Notes under the pieces: model-generated
The model's database searches: none
What the model saw: only the letters and a program-made list of their open reading frames with translations
Told to the model about the DNA's origin: nothing
In this document: in pieces, positions 47,471 to 60,344 of the stretch
Numbering within the stretch: the first letter of the stretch is position 1
Layout: the number at the start of each line of letters is the position of its first letter
Assembly (NCBI RefSeq): GCF_001194135.2
Contig: NC_068981.1
Coordinates: 11,369,988 to 11,433,987 of the forward strand
Source: Octopus bimaculoides
Lineage: Eukaryota
Direction of reading: 5' to 3'
DNA: 64,000 nucleotides
Translations under genes and position numbers: made by a program

Positions 47471-50400
47471 CAATCATAATAATCATATATAATCATATAT
47501 ATACATATACGCAAGCATACATACATCTATTCGTTCGTATATACATTCATGTTACATACGTACATTTATTAATTTAATGACATGCACATGCATACGTACA
47601 TGAATACACACATATGTGCACACTTACACACATATAAGTCTTTTAAACTTACAGTCTTCTTAGGTTCTAGTCCATGATCTCAGGTTTACTTAAAGGTATA
47701 AAGAAAAAATGAAATTTTGATTTAAGGAAGTTTCAGGATGTAAAACGAAACCAAAATTTTAGGCAAAATCAAAAATAACGAAATATAATGTAAACGACTT
47801 TCAAAATATATGATAGGATAAGAAATAATATTCTACAGATAAAATTACTGTTAACATAGATTCTAGCGTTATAAACAAACACAGATATATTTTTTGTGAA
47901 TAAGTGAAGGAACGGAAATTAACGAAAAATAATAAAACTGCACTTCGCTATATCTTCAGCTTAGAATTTTCTCACCAAAGTATTGACTTGAAAACTGACG
48001 ACCGATATGGAACTTATTGTAAAATGAAATTCGTCCCTGATGCTCAGCAATAAAAAATGCTAGCGAGAAACTGTAATGTCGTACGTTGGCGGATGGAGTT
48101 GTACAATGTAAGTGTCATGGTTGAGTGATAATAGTGTTTAACTCGAATTGTTTCTTTCTTTCAGATTTTTCTTTCTTATTTTGACTGTTTACGTTACAAT
48201 GTTTTATAACCGTACATTTTTTTTATACAGTATCTATATTTCCAATAAATGTCTTACATGCCAGATTTTATAAGAGTTACAGTTTCAATAGCATCCGTCT
48301 ATTTTTAGGGGAATCTTACAGACATTTTAAATCTTTTGGATAAAGAATAGTTTTCATCTGATTAACAAAAAATACAAGAAAGCAATCTCGTATCACTCTA
48401 AGTTTCTTTTGTCGTAAAATCTTTACATGGCTTTAGGAAAAAACAAAAACAAAAGCACCACGAAAAGAAGAATTCTAAACCAATAAATCTGATATGTTTA
48501 TAATACTCTTGCAAAAGTATTGCCTTGGCAAACAATGTTGCTTTAAAGATTAAAATTTTTATAACATTTATAGAACATGGTAATGTTTTAATATTATAAT
48601 GCATGGAAAGTATTGCAAGAAGTAAGTCGCATTAGAAAAGTGTTTCGGTCAGAAATTATATTTTTGAGTAAAGATTAATAATGTAATTTTATATTTACAT
48701 CATATAATAATGTTACTTTTAGCATGAAGTCATCCTTATCTGGCAGATTCTACTGGATTATGGACGCATCGGTCTTACCGTGAACATAACATATTTTATT
48801 CTGCCTCAATACATATAGAACCGCATAATGTAATATATTCCTCCAGTTCATAGGTATGTAAAGTGGAATTTGATATAGCTCTGGTTATTATTTCTAGAAG
48901 GTTAAGTACCAGTATCACAAATTTCCTAGTTCATTCACTAAATAAAGCAAATGATTGACAGTAAATGTAATGATCGCATAATAAATGTTTCATATGTAAA
49001 AGTGATCTCAGTATAACCTGCAATAAAATTGCACTTGAAATAGAACGTACGCACCTCTATCGCAACCAATTTTTACATTCACCTATAAATATGCGTCATC
49101 GTTCAAGCGTGATAATACGATAACCGGAAGTTACATATTTCGTATCTCTAAAACATTCCAAAGAAACGATGTACCATCTCTTGATACTTGCTTGTCTTTA
49201 TCACAATCCATTTTATGACAAGATTTCTTTCGGGTCAGATATCAGGTCTCAGAAAATCCTCCTCCAATTCGAAAATACCACTGAAACATCACAGACGATT
49301 CCTTTCCTCCTTCAAGAAGCCATAAAACTGCTATTTTTGGTTTTTCCTTTCCTGAGACCATGACGAATATAAGTGAAGTGGTAACACTCATAAATCAAGA
49401 AAATCTATTCGTTGTCATCTTATCGTTAAGCTTCTAACCAACGATAGATTACACAAACGCATAAATATATTTAATCGAATACGTACAGTATATATCTAAA
49501 ATGTATTTTTATATTAGTTTTAAATTTTACATTTAGCAAAATATTACATGGCTTGTAATATGTGTTGCACTAGCCAATCACTTAAGAATATATTTTTGAC
49601 AGTGATAGACCAAAAGTTTATCTGCAATTCGATGCAGAAAATTTATGCACACGATTGAATTAAGGAAGAACATAAGCGTATATGAGACTCATATTAAGTG
49701 GACCTACATATGATAAAATATCGATAATTCTATTGTCTTTGGAGCATTTGAGTAAGGTGATACTTATGGCCTTCGCAATTCCTCTGAGATCAGTGAGACT
49801 GATGTGTCACTTGTTGACATTTCCGGAAGACAAAACCCTTTAAGAATGCGTTAAATTTTCCTTATTGTCATAAGTGTTGACGATATACGATATATATTCA
49901 TCTATTCACATGTCGAATCACGTCTTTCGAATTATATGTGGAAAGCAAAACATAATGGAAGGTGACTATCGTTAATGGTATTTTAACATACAGAATAACT
50001 GGATGTTTTCTTTTCATTATTCCTACATCTTTCAGAGAACAGCAGAAACATTATGCAGGAAATTAAACTATTTTAGCCAATTGATAGTTCAAAATTCATT
50101 AATAGACATTGAAGAAAATATTTGTAAGAATATATTGATACCAACCTTTTCTACAAAATACATAAAAGCTACAGAAGGATTTTATGACAATTGTATTTTA
50201 TGGAAATAAAATATTTTCACAAGATGGTAGTTGTAAGATTCTCAATAAATATCGGTGAAAATATCTATATGAATTCACCGATTCCTATCTTTTGTCCATA
50301 ATTTAAAAGGTTATAATCAGATTTCTTCTTTCTTCGGGAGAGAAAGATCACATCTTAAAGATATTGATGTTGAGGAGTGTATGTTGTTTAACAGTTCAAC

Positions 50401-51490
50401 ATACTTTATAATGGCTATTACTTATTATCCTCCTTTAAACTCCAAACATATTTGGACAGTCATGCCGTGAGGCTTCTTTCTGAGAGCTGAAGTTATATAT
50501 ATAACACGTGATTCATTTTAAAACAAATTCATATTGAATAATATTTTGATTGTAGTTTCCGTTTTGTTCTTAAGATACTATCTGGATAAGAAAAATTGGT
50601 TTACAACAATAATAACGTTTCATCGACATAGAGAAGAAGAGTTTTACTCGATCCGTCTATAAATTTCTTTCAGCAATACGGGCTATGAAAGCACCAGCGG
50701 TTTCCTAGAAGCTGTACCTAACCTTCAGCCGAATTTCATGAAAACTATGGTATAGATAGTTTTGTTTACTTAGATTGTTTCAGAAAATCCCGGCAATGTT
50801 GTAACGAACCGTTAAATTATAAGGAAGATTATACGACAAAAAATTTTGTTCATCAATTTTGTGTTTGTGAAAATGCTGACGCCCTGTTTACAATACTCGT
50901 ATCTTTATAGCTTCTTTATTTTAATGCGCTATTGTAATAATTGCTGTAATGGTCAAAGCCTTCCTTCTCATAGGGTAAGTTATATATGAATAAAGAAGCT
51001 TTATCAATTAACATATCGATATATTGATACAATACAATTAATATTAATATATGTATGTTAAAATACTGCAAATTCTATTTAAAATGTACTTCAGGGGCAG
51101 TATTTACCTTCATATAAACCTAGGACTATCTATCATGTATAAGCTATATTTCAATTAATTTCTCCTATGATCTTTCATCTAATTCTTTGAATAAGCGTTG
51201 AATAAACGGAAAGAATCAATTACATCGACAAATATTGTGTGCTAATTCTTATTAAATAGTCAATAACAATGTTAGAAGCGAAAAAAAAAACCCCCCAAAA
51301 AAACTCTACGTATATCTGCTGAAATAAGTCTCACCTCGTAGCCAGTGAGTTTACTCGCAAAATAGTTACCATCAACTAACGAACATATCATAGCAATGAT
51401 AGTATTTTAGTGGCAGATTAGCTAATTAAATTAATCCATCAACAAAGTCTGAAACACATTCAGAACAGGAATTAGTTTAAGACTTAACAA

Positions 51491-51724
51491 AGGCGGCGAG
51501 CTGGTAGAAATGTTAGCACGCCGGACGAAATGCTTAGGGGTATTTCGTCTGTCTTTACGTTCTGAGTTCAAATTCCACCGAGGTCGACTTAGACTTTCAT
51601 CCTTTCGGGGTCGATTAAATAAGTACCAGTTACGCACTGGGGTCGATATAATCGACTTAATCCGTTTGTCTGTCCTTGTTTGTCCCCTCTATGTATAGCC
51701 CCTTGTGGGCAGTAAAGAAATAAG
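51491..51724 (+). mobile_element. SINE family A (tail type 3), full length, young
   Basis: AGGCGGCGAGCTGGTAGAAATGTTAGCACGCCGG...GAGTTCAAATTCC...CCTTTCGGGGTCGATTAAATAAGTACCAG...GGGCAGTAAAGAAATAAG. The 11-mer AGGAATTAGTT at 51467 and 51723 is a possible TSD. Confidence 0.9.
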
Positions 51725-52192
51725 GAATTAGTTAAAAAAAAAAAAATCTTCTTTATGGAAACGCTTAAATTTACGAAGACGTATGCTCTCTGTTATTGAA
51801 ATACACAGAAGTAGTAAAGTTATATTATACGGAGGGAAGTTAACTATTACAATTTATGAATAGTCAGACAAACAGATATATATANNNNNNNNNNNNNNNN
51901 NNNNNNNNNNNNNNNNNNNNNNNNNNNNNNNNNNNNNNNNNNNNNNNNNNNNNNNNNNNNNNNNNNNNNNNNNNNNNNNNNNNNNNNNNNNNNNNNNNNN
52001 NNNNNNNNNNNNNNNNNNNNNNNNNNNNNNNNNNNNNNNNNNNNNNNNNNNNNNNNNNNNNNNNNNNNNNNNNNNNNNNNNNNNNNNNNNNNNNNNNNNN
52101 NNNNNNNNNNNNNNNNNNNNNNNNNNNNNNNNNNNNNNNNNNNNNNNNNNNNNNNNNNNNNNNNNNNNNNNNNAGAGACTTAGAAATATTAA

Positions 52193-52250
<58 letters not shown>

Positions 52251-52259
52251 TACACGTCG

Positions 52260-52400
52260 CGTGAGCTAGTGACATGGGTAGTGTACTCGCGAGATCATGA
52301 TTTCGATTCGGAGAACGTCTGTGCTATGTGTTCTTGAGCAAACACTTCATTGCACGCTGCCCCAGTCCACTCAGTTATAAATGGGCACCCTTGCGACGGA
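52260..52400 (+). mobile_element. Diverged tRNA-derived SINE head
   Basis: GATCATGATTTCGATTC...GTGTTCTTGAGCAAACACTT...CCAGTCCACTCAG. Confidence 0.45.
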
Positions 52401-53204
52401 TGGGTGTACAAAGGTGAAATTGGAGCGGAGGTCTACAAGCCACGTTTTCTATTCAGCGATCGAAAGGATGAATAGTACAACCCGTATGGTGAATACCGAT
52501 TGATTGAGATTTGTCGTTCAACCGTGTTAAAGGTTGAAACATATATATCAGTAACATAGTGTTTCGTTAGCTTTTGTAGCTGGTTCAAAGATCTGGTGAC
52601 CGGCAGATGCAATAATTAAAATTAGACAAAATGTGAGCATAACGGTGTAAAGAAATATAGCAAATAGGTAAGAACTGATATAAAAATTTAGGCACTACAT
52701 AGATAAATTATTTGAAAGTATCAGCATCACATAATCGTAGAGAAAAATGTAGTAGTTGTACATATATAGTAAGGATGCTTCGATCCCACACTCTTCCACA
52801 GAAAATTTGAGAGGAAAACAATGAAGAGAGAACGAAAAAAATTGGAGAGTGATAAAATAATGTGTAGGGCTTAACAGTTCAACATGATGAAATATATATA
52901 GTAGTGAACAATAAGGAAAACGGTTGGACATTTATTTTTAATCACTACAATTGTTTCTACGCAACGTAGTTCTCCAGGCGCACCCCTTCCCTCAACTATG
53001 TGATCTCATAATGCAGGGAAGCGGTTGCATAATCAAGTACCTCCTCATCTGGAAAAATGCATTGCAGGAAAAAGAAACTGCAGCGATTAAAAAAACAAAT
53101 GTCCACAGTACTCTTTCTTGCTGACTCCATTTTTTTTTCAATTATCTGTTCACACGGGACAGATACCCGAACGCCAAACTGGAAGTGCGTATGATACTAT
53201 TCTC

Positions 53205-53521
53205 TGGCCCTCCGTGGGTTACGACGACGAGGGTTCCAGTTGATCCGATCAACGGAACAGCCTGCTCGTGAAATTAATGTGAAAGTGGCTGAACACTCCA
53301 CAGACACGTGTACCTTTAACGTAGTTCTCGGGTAGATTCAGCGTGACACAGAGTGTGACAAGGCTGGCCATTTGAAATACAGATACAACAGAAACAGGAA
53401 GAAAGAGTGAGAGATAGTTGTAGTGAAAGGGTATAGCAGGGTTCGCCACCATCCCCTGCCTGAGCCTCGTGGAACTTTAGTTGATTTCGCTCAATAAACA
53501 CTCACAGTGCTCGGTTTGGGA
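53205..53521 (-). mobile_element. SINE family B, head lost in the gap
   Basis: Reverse complement of the 33287-33658 body. Confidence 0.88.
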
Positions 53522-54244
53522 NNNNNNNNNNNNNNNNNNNNNNNNNNNNNNNNNNNNNNNNNNNNNNNNNNNNNNNNNNNNNNNNNNNNNNNNNNNNNNN
53601 NNNNNNNNNNNNNNNNNNNNNNNNNNNNNNNNNNNNNNNNNNNNNNNNNNNNNNNNNNNNNNNNNNNNNNNNNNNNNNNNNNNNNNNNNNNNNNNNNNNN
53701 NNNNNNNNNNNNNNNNNNNNNNNNNNNNNNNNNNNNNNNNNNNNNNNNNNNNNNNNNNNNNNNNNNNNNNNNNNNNNNNNNNNNNNNNNNNNNNNNTATA
53801 TATATGTATATATATATATATATATATATACGAGAAGACACCACGTGTATAAATGATGGAGGAAGTTCGATGTAAGAAATGAAAAAGTAATACAGCGCTG
53901 ACAAGAAGGACCTGAAATTAAAAGCAAAATTATATTAATAAAAATTGATGAGTAAGAGTTGAGGTGAGGGAGATGAAGAAATAAGTGGAAGAGTCTAAAA
54001 AATACGAGAGTGTATAGAAAGCCATTCAGACGGTATTAAATACGAAAAAAGCTGACACAGCATTAATAAAATAAACCAAACTAGAAGAATGTTGGGAGGT
54101 GAGGTGAGATCAAAGAAGGATTAAAGAGGGAGAGATTAGGGAATAAGTTAACTAAACAAATCTTGCTATGTAGATGTCAGCTCTAGTTTCTAACAGCGTG
54201 AATAATTTATAATCATCCAAGCCAGAGAAGAAACATAGATTCCA

Positions 54245-54540
54245 AATTCTAGTACAAGGCCAGCAATTTTAGAGAAAGGGATAAATCGATTACCTCGACC
54301 TCAGTTTTCAACTGGTATATATGTTATCGACACCGAAACGACGAAAGGCGAAGTCAGCCTCGGTGGCAGTTGAACTCAGATGGTAAAGACTGAAGAAATG
54401 CTGGTAAGACTTTCTGCATCACGATCAGAGTTCTTCCATCTCACTGACTTATTCGTTTCTACTCTAGGCACCATGCCCGAAATTTTTGGGGAGGGGGACA
54501 GTCGATTACCAGTTTCCCCATTAACCGGTATACGATTAAT
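54245..54540 (-). mobile_element. Two adjacent SINE family A copies (tail types 1 and 2)
   Basis: TACAAGGCCAGCAATTT...TTGAACTCAGA followed by CTCTAGGCACCATGCCCGAAATTTTTGGGGAGGGGGACAGTCGATTA. Confidence 0.7.
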
Positions 54541-55382
54541 TCTTTATTTTGTATATTTTCCATTTGCCTCTGCTCACTTATGTTCTGGTGTTTGCTGAAT
54601 TTCTTTCTGGAGAACATTACTTTTCTTTGTGGTTGGGTGTTTGATGACCTCTTTCTAGCATATCGGATGTCCACTTCGTGGTCATCCCTTCTTGTACGCA
54701 TGTAATACAATTTTTCTGAATTTTCAGATTTTTATATGCTAGGCCATTGTTTTAAATTGATGTTAATTAAACTATCATTCAATTTATCACCCCCAGTGTA
54801 TAAATATCAATTTAAATAATTATGTTCTCTAGCCGGCAACATCTACTGCAGTGAATTAGTTTCTGCAGAACTACTTCCGGAATTTAGCGCGCCAGAGCTG
54901 AGACATTTGAAAAATAACCCCAATGTATTCGGTAGAACTGTACGCACGTCAAATTTTACGAAGACAATTCGTGTATAGTTCAGCAAATTATATTGAATTT
55001 AGAACGATTGTACCACGGACGTTTTTACGTTAGTAAAAAGGTTGACGGGGAAACCNNNNNNNNNNNNNNNNNNNNNNNNNNNNNNNNNNNNNNNNNNNNN
55101 NNNNNNNNNNNNNNNNNNNNNNNNNNNNNNNNNNNNNNNNNNNNNNNNNNNNNNNNNNNNNNNNNNNNNNNNNNNNNNNNNNNNNNNNNNNNNNNNNNNN
55201 NNNNNNNNNNNNNNNNNNNNNNNNNNNNNNNNNNNNNNNNNNNNNNNNNNNNNNNNNNNNNNNNNNNNNNNNNNNNNNNNNNNNNNNNNNNNNNNNNNNN
55301 NNNNNNNNNNNNNNNNNNNNNNNNNNNNNNNNNNNNNNNNNNNNNNNNNNNNNNNNNNNNNNNNNNNNNNNNNNNNNNNNNN

Positions 55383-55415
<33 letters not shown>

Positions 55416-55439
55416 GTATGCATGTAAGTATGTATGTGT

Positions 55440-55632
55440 GCCTGTTGTCGTCACTACCGCTTGACAACCCATAAGGTAGTGGTTCGGCATAAGATGACGA
55501 TAGAATGAGTATTAGGCTTAAAAAGGAAAAGTGCTTGGTGTCGAATCCTTTTACTGAAAAAAGAATACTCCTCAAGTAATTGCGCCAACATGGCGCAATC
55601 CCATGAGTGAAATAAGTAAAAGAGTAAAAGAA
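55440..55632 (+). mobile_element. SINE family C 3' part with AGTAAAAG-repeat tail
   Basis: CCGCTTGACAACC...GGTTCGGC...GATAGAATGAGT...CAACATGGCGCA..GAAATAAGTAAAAGAGTAAAAGAA. Confidence 0.55.
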
Positions 55633-55834
55633 TTCACACCGAAGTATACTCATACTCAAACACACACGCACAAGTAAATATACATTCCTACATTACGTAT
55701 AAGTTACTTCTCATTGTACACCCAATATCTTACCTACCTTCCAACGCTAAATGAATCAGTTAATCTATATATATGTTGTTGACAATGACTTCGAAGTTTC
55801 GGCCCGCTTAGCCAAAAAATTCGTACAGATTCAT

Positions 55835-55858
55835 GCACACACACACAAACACACACAC

Positions 55859-55944
<86 letters not shown>

Positions 55945-55945
55945 T
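55835..55945. repeat. (CA)n microsatellite
   Basis: Direct reading of the sequence. Confidence 0.97.
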
Positions 55946-57064
55946 ACAAACACACGCACTCACAAATACACACATAAACACACATACATGCGTAACAACA
56001 TACGTTCTTTTAAGAAAGAATTTTTCCTCAGAAAATTTAAGAAAAAATTGATATGGTTACCGTATTACTTACAAGCCCTTCCTATAATGTATTTAACACC
56101 TATGCACCAACGCACCCCTAAAGAACACATACACACGCAGACGCACGTGTGTAAATATATATTTCTTAGAAAAAATAATAGGGTACTCAGAGATGTGGAT
56201 GGTTGTACATTTACAGATTTTTATTAATATGTCACATAATAGATTCTTCAGATTTTAAATCTGAAGAATCTATTAGAGTAGATGCAAGCGCTAATTTATG
56301 ATTTCTAAAAGCATTTGACATAGTAATAAAAATCTGTAAACGTACAACTATCCAAATCTCTGAGTACCTAATTTTTTCTAATATATAATACCAGTACTTC
56401 GCCTCCAAACCTTCTAATATATNNNNNNNNNNNNNNNNNNNNNNNNNNNNNNNNNNNNNNNNNNNNNNNNNNNNNNNNNNNNNNNNNNNNNNNNNNNNNN
56501 NNNNNNNNNNNNNNNNNNNNNNNNATATATTGGGCCTTCAACGCCTTTGAGACTTGAAGTCTTGTTCCTTCATCAGAAGTCTGGTACCAATTTTTTTTTT
56601 AGACAAGTTTTTTTTTTTAGACAAGTTTTTTTTTTTAGACAAGTTTTTTCATACATCCGTCGTATATATAAAGAACGAGAGAGATAAAGGAGATAGCTAG
56701 ATATATAGAGATATACATGACCGACTGAAATCATTTACGGTGTTTTCCTTGAAAGGCTGAAGCCCAGTCCATGAAGCAAAAAAAATATGTAAAACATGAA
56801 TATTCAAGTTAGTCACGATATATTGAATGGAGGGGTAGTTAACGGATAAATTAGTAATAACCTTCTGATAAGGAAAATCAATAAATAATATTGCCAGAAT
56901 GGGTTACTGACTTAGGTACAACACTCACAATCTTCATGTGGATCGATAAATAGCAATGCTAACCTCTGCGGTATTTGAATAACCCAAAGTATTTGAATGT
57001 CTTTTTGAATATATTTACTCTAATTTAAAATATTATATATTGTCTGTATATTTTTTTTAACCTT

Positions 57065-57420
57065 GGAGGCGCAATGGCCCAGTGCTTAGAGCACAGATTC
57101 ACAATCATGAGATTGCGGGTTCGCTCCCAGACCGGGCTTTGTGAGTGTTTGTTGAGCGAAACACCTAAAGCTCCACGAGGGTCAGGCAGGGGTTTGTGGC
57201 GAACCCTGCTGTACTCTTTCACCACAATTTTCTCTGACTCTTACTTCCTGTTTCTGTTGTGCCTGTATTTCAAAGGGCCAGCCTTGTCACACACTGTGTC
57301 ACACTGAATCTCGCCGAGAACTACGTTAAGGGTACACGTGTCTGTGGAGTGCTCAGCCACTTACGCGTTAATTTCACGAGCAGGCAGGAACCCTCGTCGT
57401 CGTAACCGACGGTGTACCAC
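57065..57420 (+). mobile_element. SINE family B, full head
   Basis: GGAGGCGCAATGGCCCAGTGC...GGGTTCGCTCCCAGACCGGG (A/B boxes). The body is near-identical to the 33287 copy apart from a ~20-bp deletion. Confidence 0.9.
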
Positions 57421-57516
57421 GATCTTTTAACCAGGATCGTTCATAGTTAGTATTTGAAACTAATTTGTAGTTGTGTACACTTAATTTTTTGTATCGTCCA
57501 TATTTAGGTAAATGAC

Positions 57517-57730
57517 GCTGCTAACTCGCAGAATCATTAGCACGCCGGACAAAGTACTTAGTATCATTTCGTCCGTACGTACATTCTGATTTCAAATCCC
57601 GCCGGAGTCAACTTTGTCTTTCACGCTTACGGAGTCGATAAAATAAGTATGAGATAAGCACTGGGATCGTTTTAATCGACTTAGCCCCTCATCCAGAATT
57701 GCTGACTTTGTGACAAAATTTGAAACCAAT
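57517..57730 (+). mobile_element. SINE family A (tail type 1)
   Basis: GCAGAATCATTAGCACGCCGG...GTCGATAAAATAAGT...GTGACAAAATTTGAAACCAAT. Confidence 0.82.
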
Positions 57731-57914
57731 ATTTCGGCTGGTAGAACTAAACCTATGCCTCCTCGTGAATCCCTTATAAAACAGATATCTCTGGATTTGT
57801 TCCCTGTGTATTTCGACGTAATTAATACAAAACTTCAATTTTCCACCAAATGAATTAAATATAAATCGGATAAACAGTGAAATAGCCGTTTCAGCCTTTA
57901 ATTGACACACCAAA

Positions 57915-58110
57915 TATTGATTTCAAATTGTGGCACAAGTCTAGCAATTTCGGAGAAAGGGTTAGTCGATTACATCGACCCTAGCTCTCGACTGGTTCTC
58001 CGAAAGAATAAAAAGTGAAATCAACCTCGGCGGAACTAGAACTCAGAAGTGCAGACAACACTAAGCATTTTGCCCGGTGTGCTAACGATTCTAGCAGCTC
58101 ACCATCTTAT
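57915..58110 (-). mobile_element. SINE family A (tail type 1)
   Basis: TTTCAAATTGTGGCACAAG...GTCGATTACATCGACC...GCATTTTGCCCGGTGTGCTAACGATTC. Confidence 0.8.
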
Positions 58111-59258
58111 GCAGACCAAATATTACGATTAGTTTCTACTTGCTCCAGGTTTTTTCAGATTTTTCGTCACACATCTGTGACCTGATCAATGACATATTTC
58201 CCCTGCCATAACAATATATTTCGTGATATTTTCCCAGTACACGTCTCCTGTATATAATATATTTCAATTCGCTCTTTCAGTTTACTGCACTTAATATATT
58301 AACTCTTACTTAGATGTTGAGTTTCTACGTAGGTTGGTTTCCCTCTCAGTAAAGACTAATAAACTAGCATAATTTGTACTCTGACGTTATGCAAGATGAG
58401 AAACATAATCTGTAAATTATGAGAATAAACTTCTTACACACAGTTGCAACCACAACGCCACATATATATTAACATAGAGATAATATAAATCACACAAGCA
58501 TGTGAAATTATAGTCACGAACATACAAATATGTTCTTTCATTTGAAGACTATTATAATTAGATCACTTCGGGGGAAATGTAATATTGAAGGAATGTTGTC
58601 ATTTTACGAATATTCGGAAGAATATTATCAGCCATAAGGCAAATGAAATGAGTGGCCAACATGAAAATGTATTTCTATTCAGACATAAATGAGTTCGTTC
58701 CGTATGTATGACCTAATATCAATAACAATTCATTTAGTCGGGAACATATACCAAGCAAAAGAATTGGTAGTTATGAATTGCTGGAAGCTCGAGAAATTTA
58801 CTGATTGAACACACAAAATCAATTCACGCATTCCTAAAGACATATAACGCTGTACATTATTATACACACAGTATAAGAAGATCAGGAACAAAACATGCAA
58901 ATCTAATAAATTTTACACAGCATATACCCTCACATACTACTGCACACTTGACGATACTACAACACACACTGCCAGACTCACATAGACATAAATACATTTA
59001 CGCAAAAAAATCTGAGATATATCTGCATTGTGTTAACAATCCCAATATCTAAATAACAAATATTATAAGAATAAACATATACTCATTCATAGCATTGCTT
59101 ACACACTGCAGAGACTTATCTTTTATACACTATTTTCTTATTTAATTTCCCATAGTTTCTTTTTTGTAACATACGTATGTATAACACCCCGACCCGCACA
59201 CACAGAGAAGTGTACATATGTTTACATATACACTTACATATATTTATGCATGTACACG

Positions 59259-59370
59259 AACTGGCAGAAACGTTAGCACGCCGGGCGAAATGCTTAGCGG
59301 TATTTCTTCTGCCGCTACGTTCTGAGTTCAAATTCCGCCGAGGTCAACTTTGCCTTTCATCCTTTCGGAG
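59259..59370 (+). mobile_element. SINE family A 5' half, young, abruptly truncated
   Basis: Near-consensus CTGGCAGAAACGTTAGCACGCCGGGCG...GCCTTTCATCCTTTCGGAG. Confidence 0.88.
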
Positions 59371-59745
59371 TTCTTGCTGGGTCATGGAGAAAGCCATTAT
59401 CTTCACGGAACGCAAACAGTTTCCTTCTGACAATGCGTTCCATGGTTTTCCTAACAGGAGAGGTTAGAGAGATAGGAATGTAATTTTTAGCATCTGCCCT
59501 ACGACCTCCCTTATAGCTATAATATATTATGCCTTCTGTTAGCGTTTTGGGAAGTCTCTCAGTTGCGAGGAAACTCAGCAGGAGAATCTGTAGTGGTCTC
59601 CCTACAGCCCCTTTGGATTTCTATAAGAGAATTGCTGAGAATCCTTTAGGGCATCTAACTGAGTTTGAGCTAATTTCACCAATGGCTGATGTCAAATCTG
59701 CTTCCTCTATTTTGAAGTTATCAATAATTAGCATCCCTTTCGGTA
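59371..59745 (-). mobile_element. CR1/L2-like LINE RT N-terminal fragment
   Basis: Minus strand reads IEEADLTSAIGEISSNSVRCPKGFSAILL..RPLQILL..LP..I..YKGGRRADAKNYIPISLTSPVRKTMERIVRRK. Confidence 0.82.
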
Positions 59746-59803
59746 GAGGTGTGTTATTTGCATGTGTATACGTAAATGAAAATATATAGACATACACACA
59801 CAC

Positions 59804-59895
<92 letters not shown>

Positions 59896-59914
59896 ATCTA
59901 TCTATGTGTATATA

Positions 59915-59954
<40 letters not shown>

Positions 59955-59955
<1 letters not shown>

Positions 59956-60193
59956 CTATATATATAAAAATGAGAATGTCTGTCTGTCTGTCTGTGTGAA
60001 TCCCTAAAACTCGAGAACTATGCAACCAATTTCATTCAAATTTTACACATGCCTTACGTAGGGTTCCAATTGTGTTTTAGTAAAAAAAAACTATTAACTT
60101 CTTGCAGAGTTCGAGCACACGGCAACATAATATCTCCTCCACTATTTAAGTATTACGTGTCAAAAGTGAANNNNNNNNNNNNNNNNNNNNNNN

Positions 60194-60226
<33 letters not shown>

Positions 60227-60305
60227 TATATGTATACATGTACATGTATATGTACACCATTTCGATACTGTAATGACAGATACTTTCAGAGAGAGAGAGA
60301 GAGAA

Positions 60306-60344
<39 letters not shown>

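Noticed and set aside
48108-48164. GTAAGT...TTTCTTTCAG mini-intron (57 nt)
   Set aside because: The spliced frame is short and unrecognisable; such signals arise by chance in AT-rich DNA.
48747-48853. Apparent exon with a CAG acceptor and AG|GTATGT donor
   Set aside because: Stops occur in all three frames and there is no other support.
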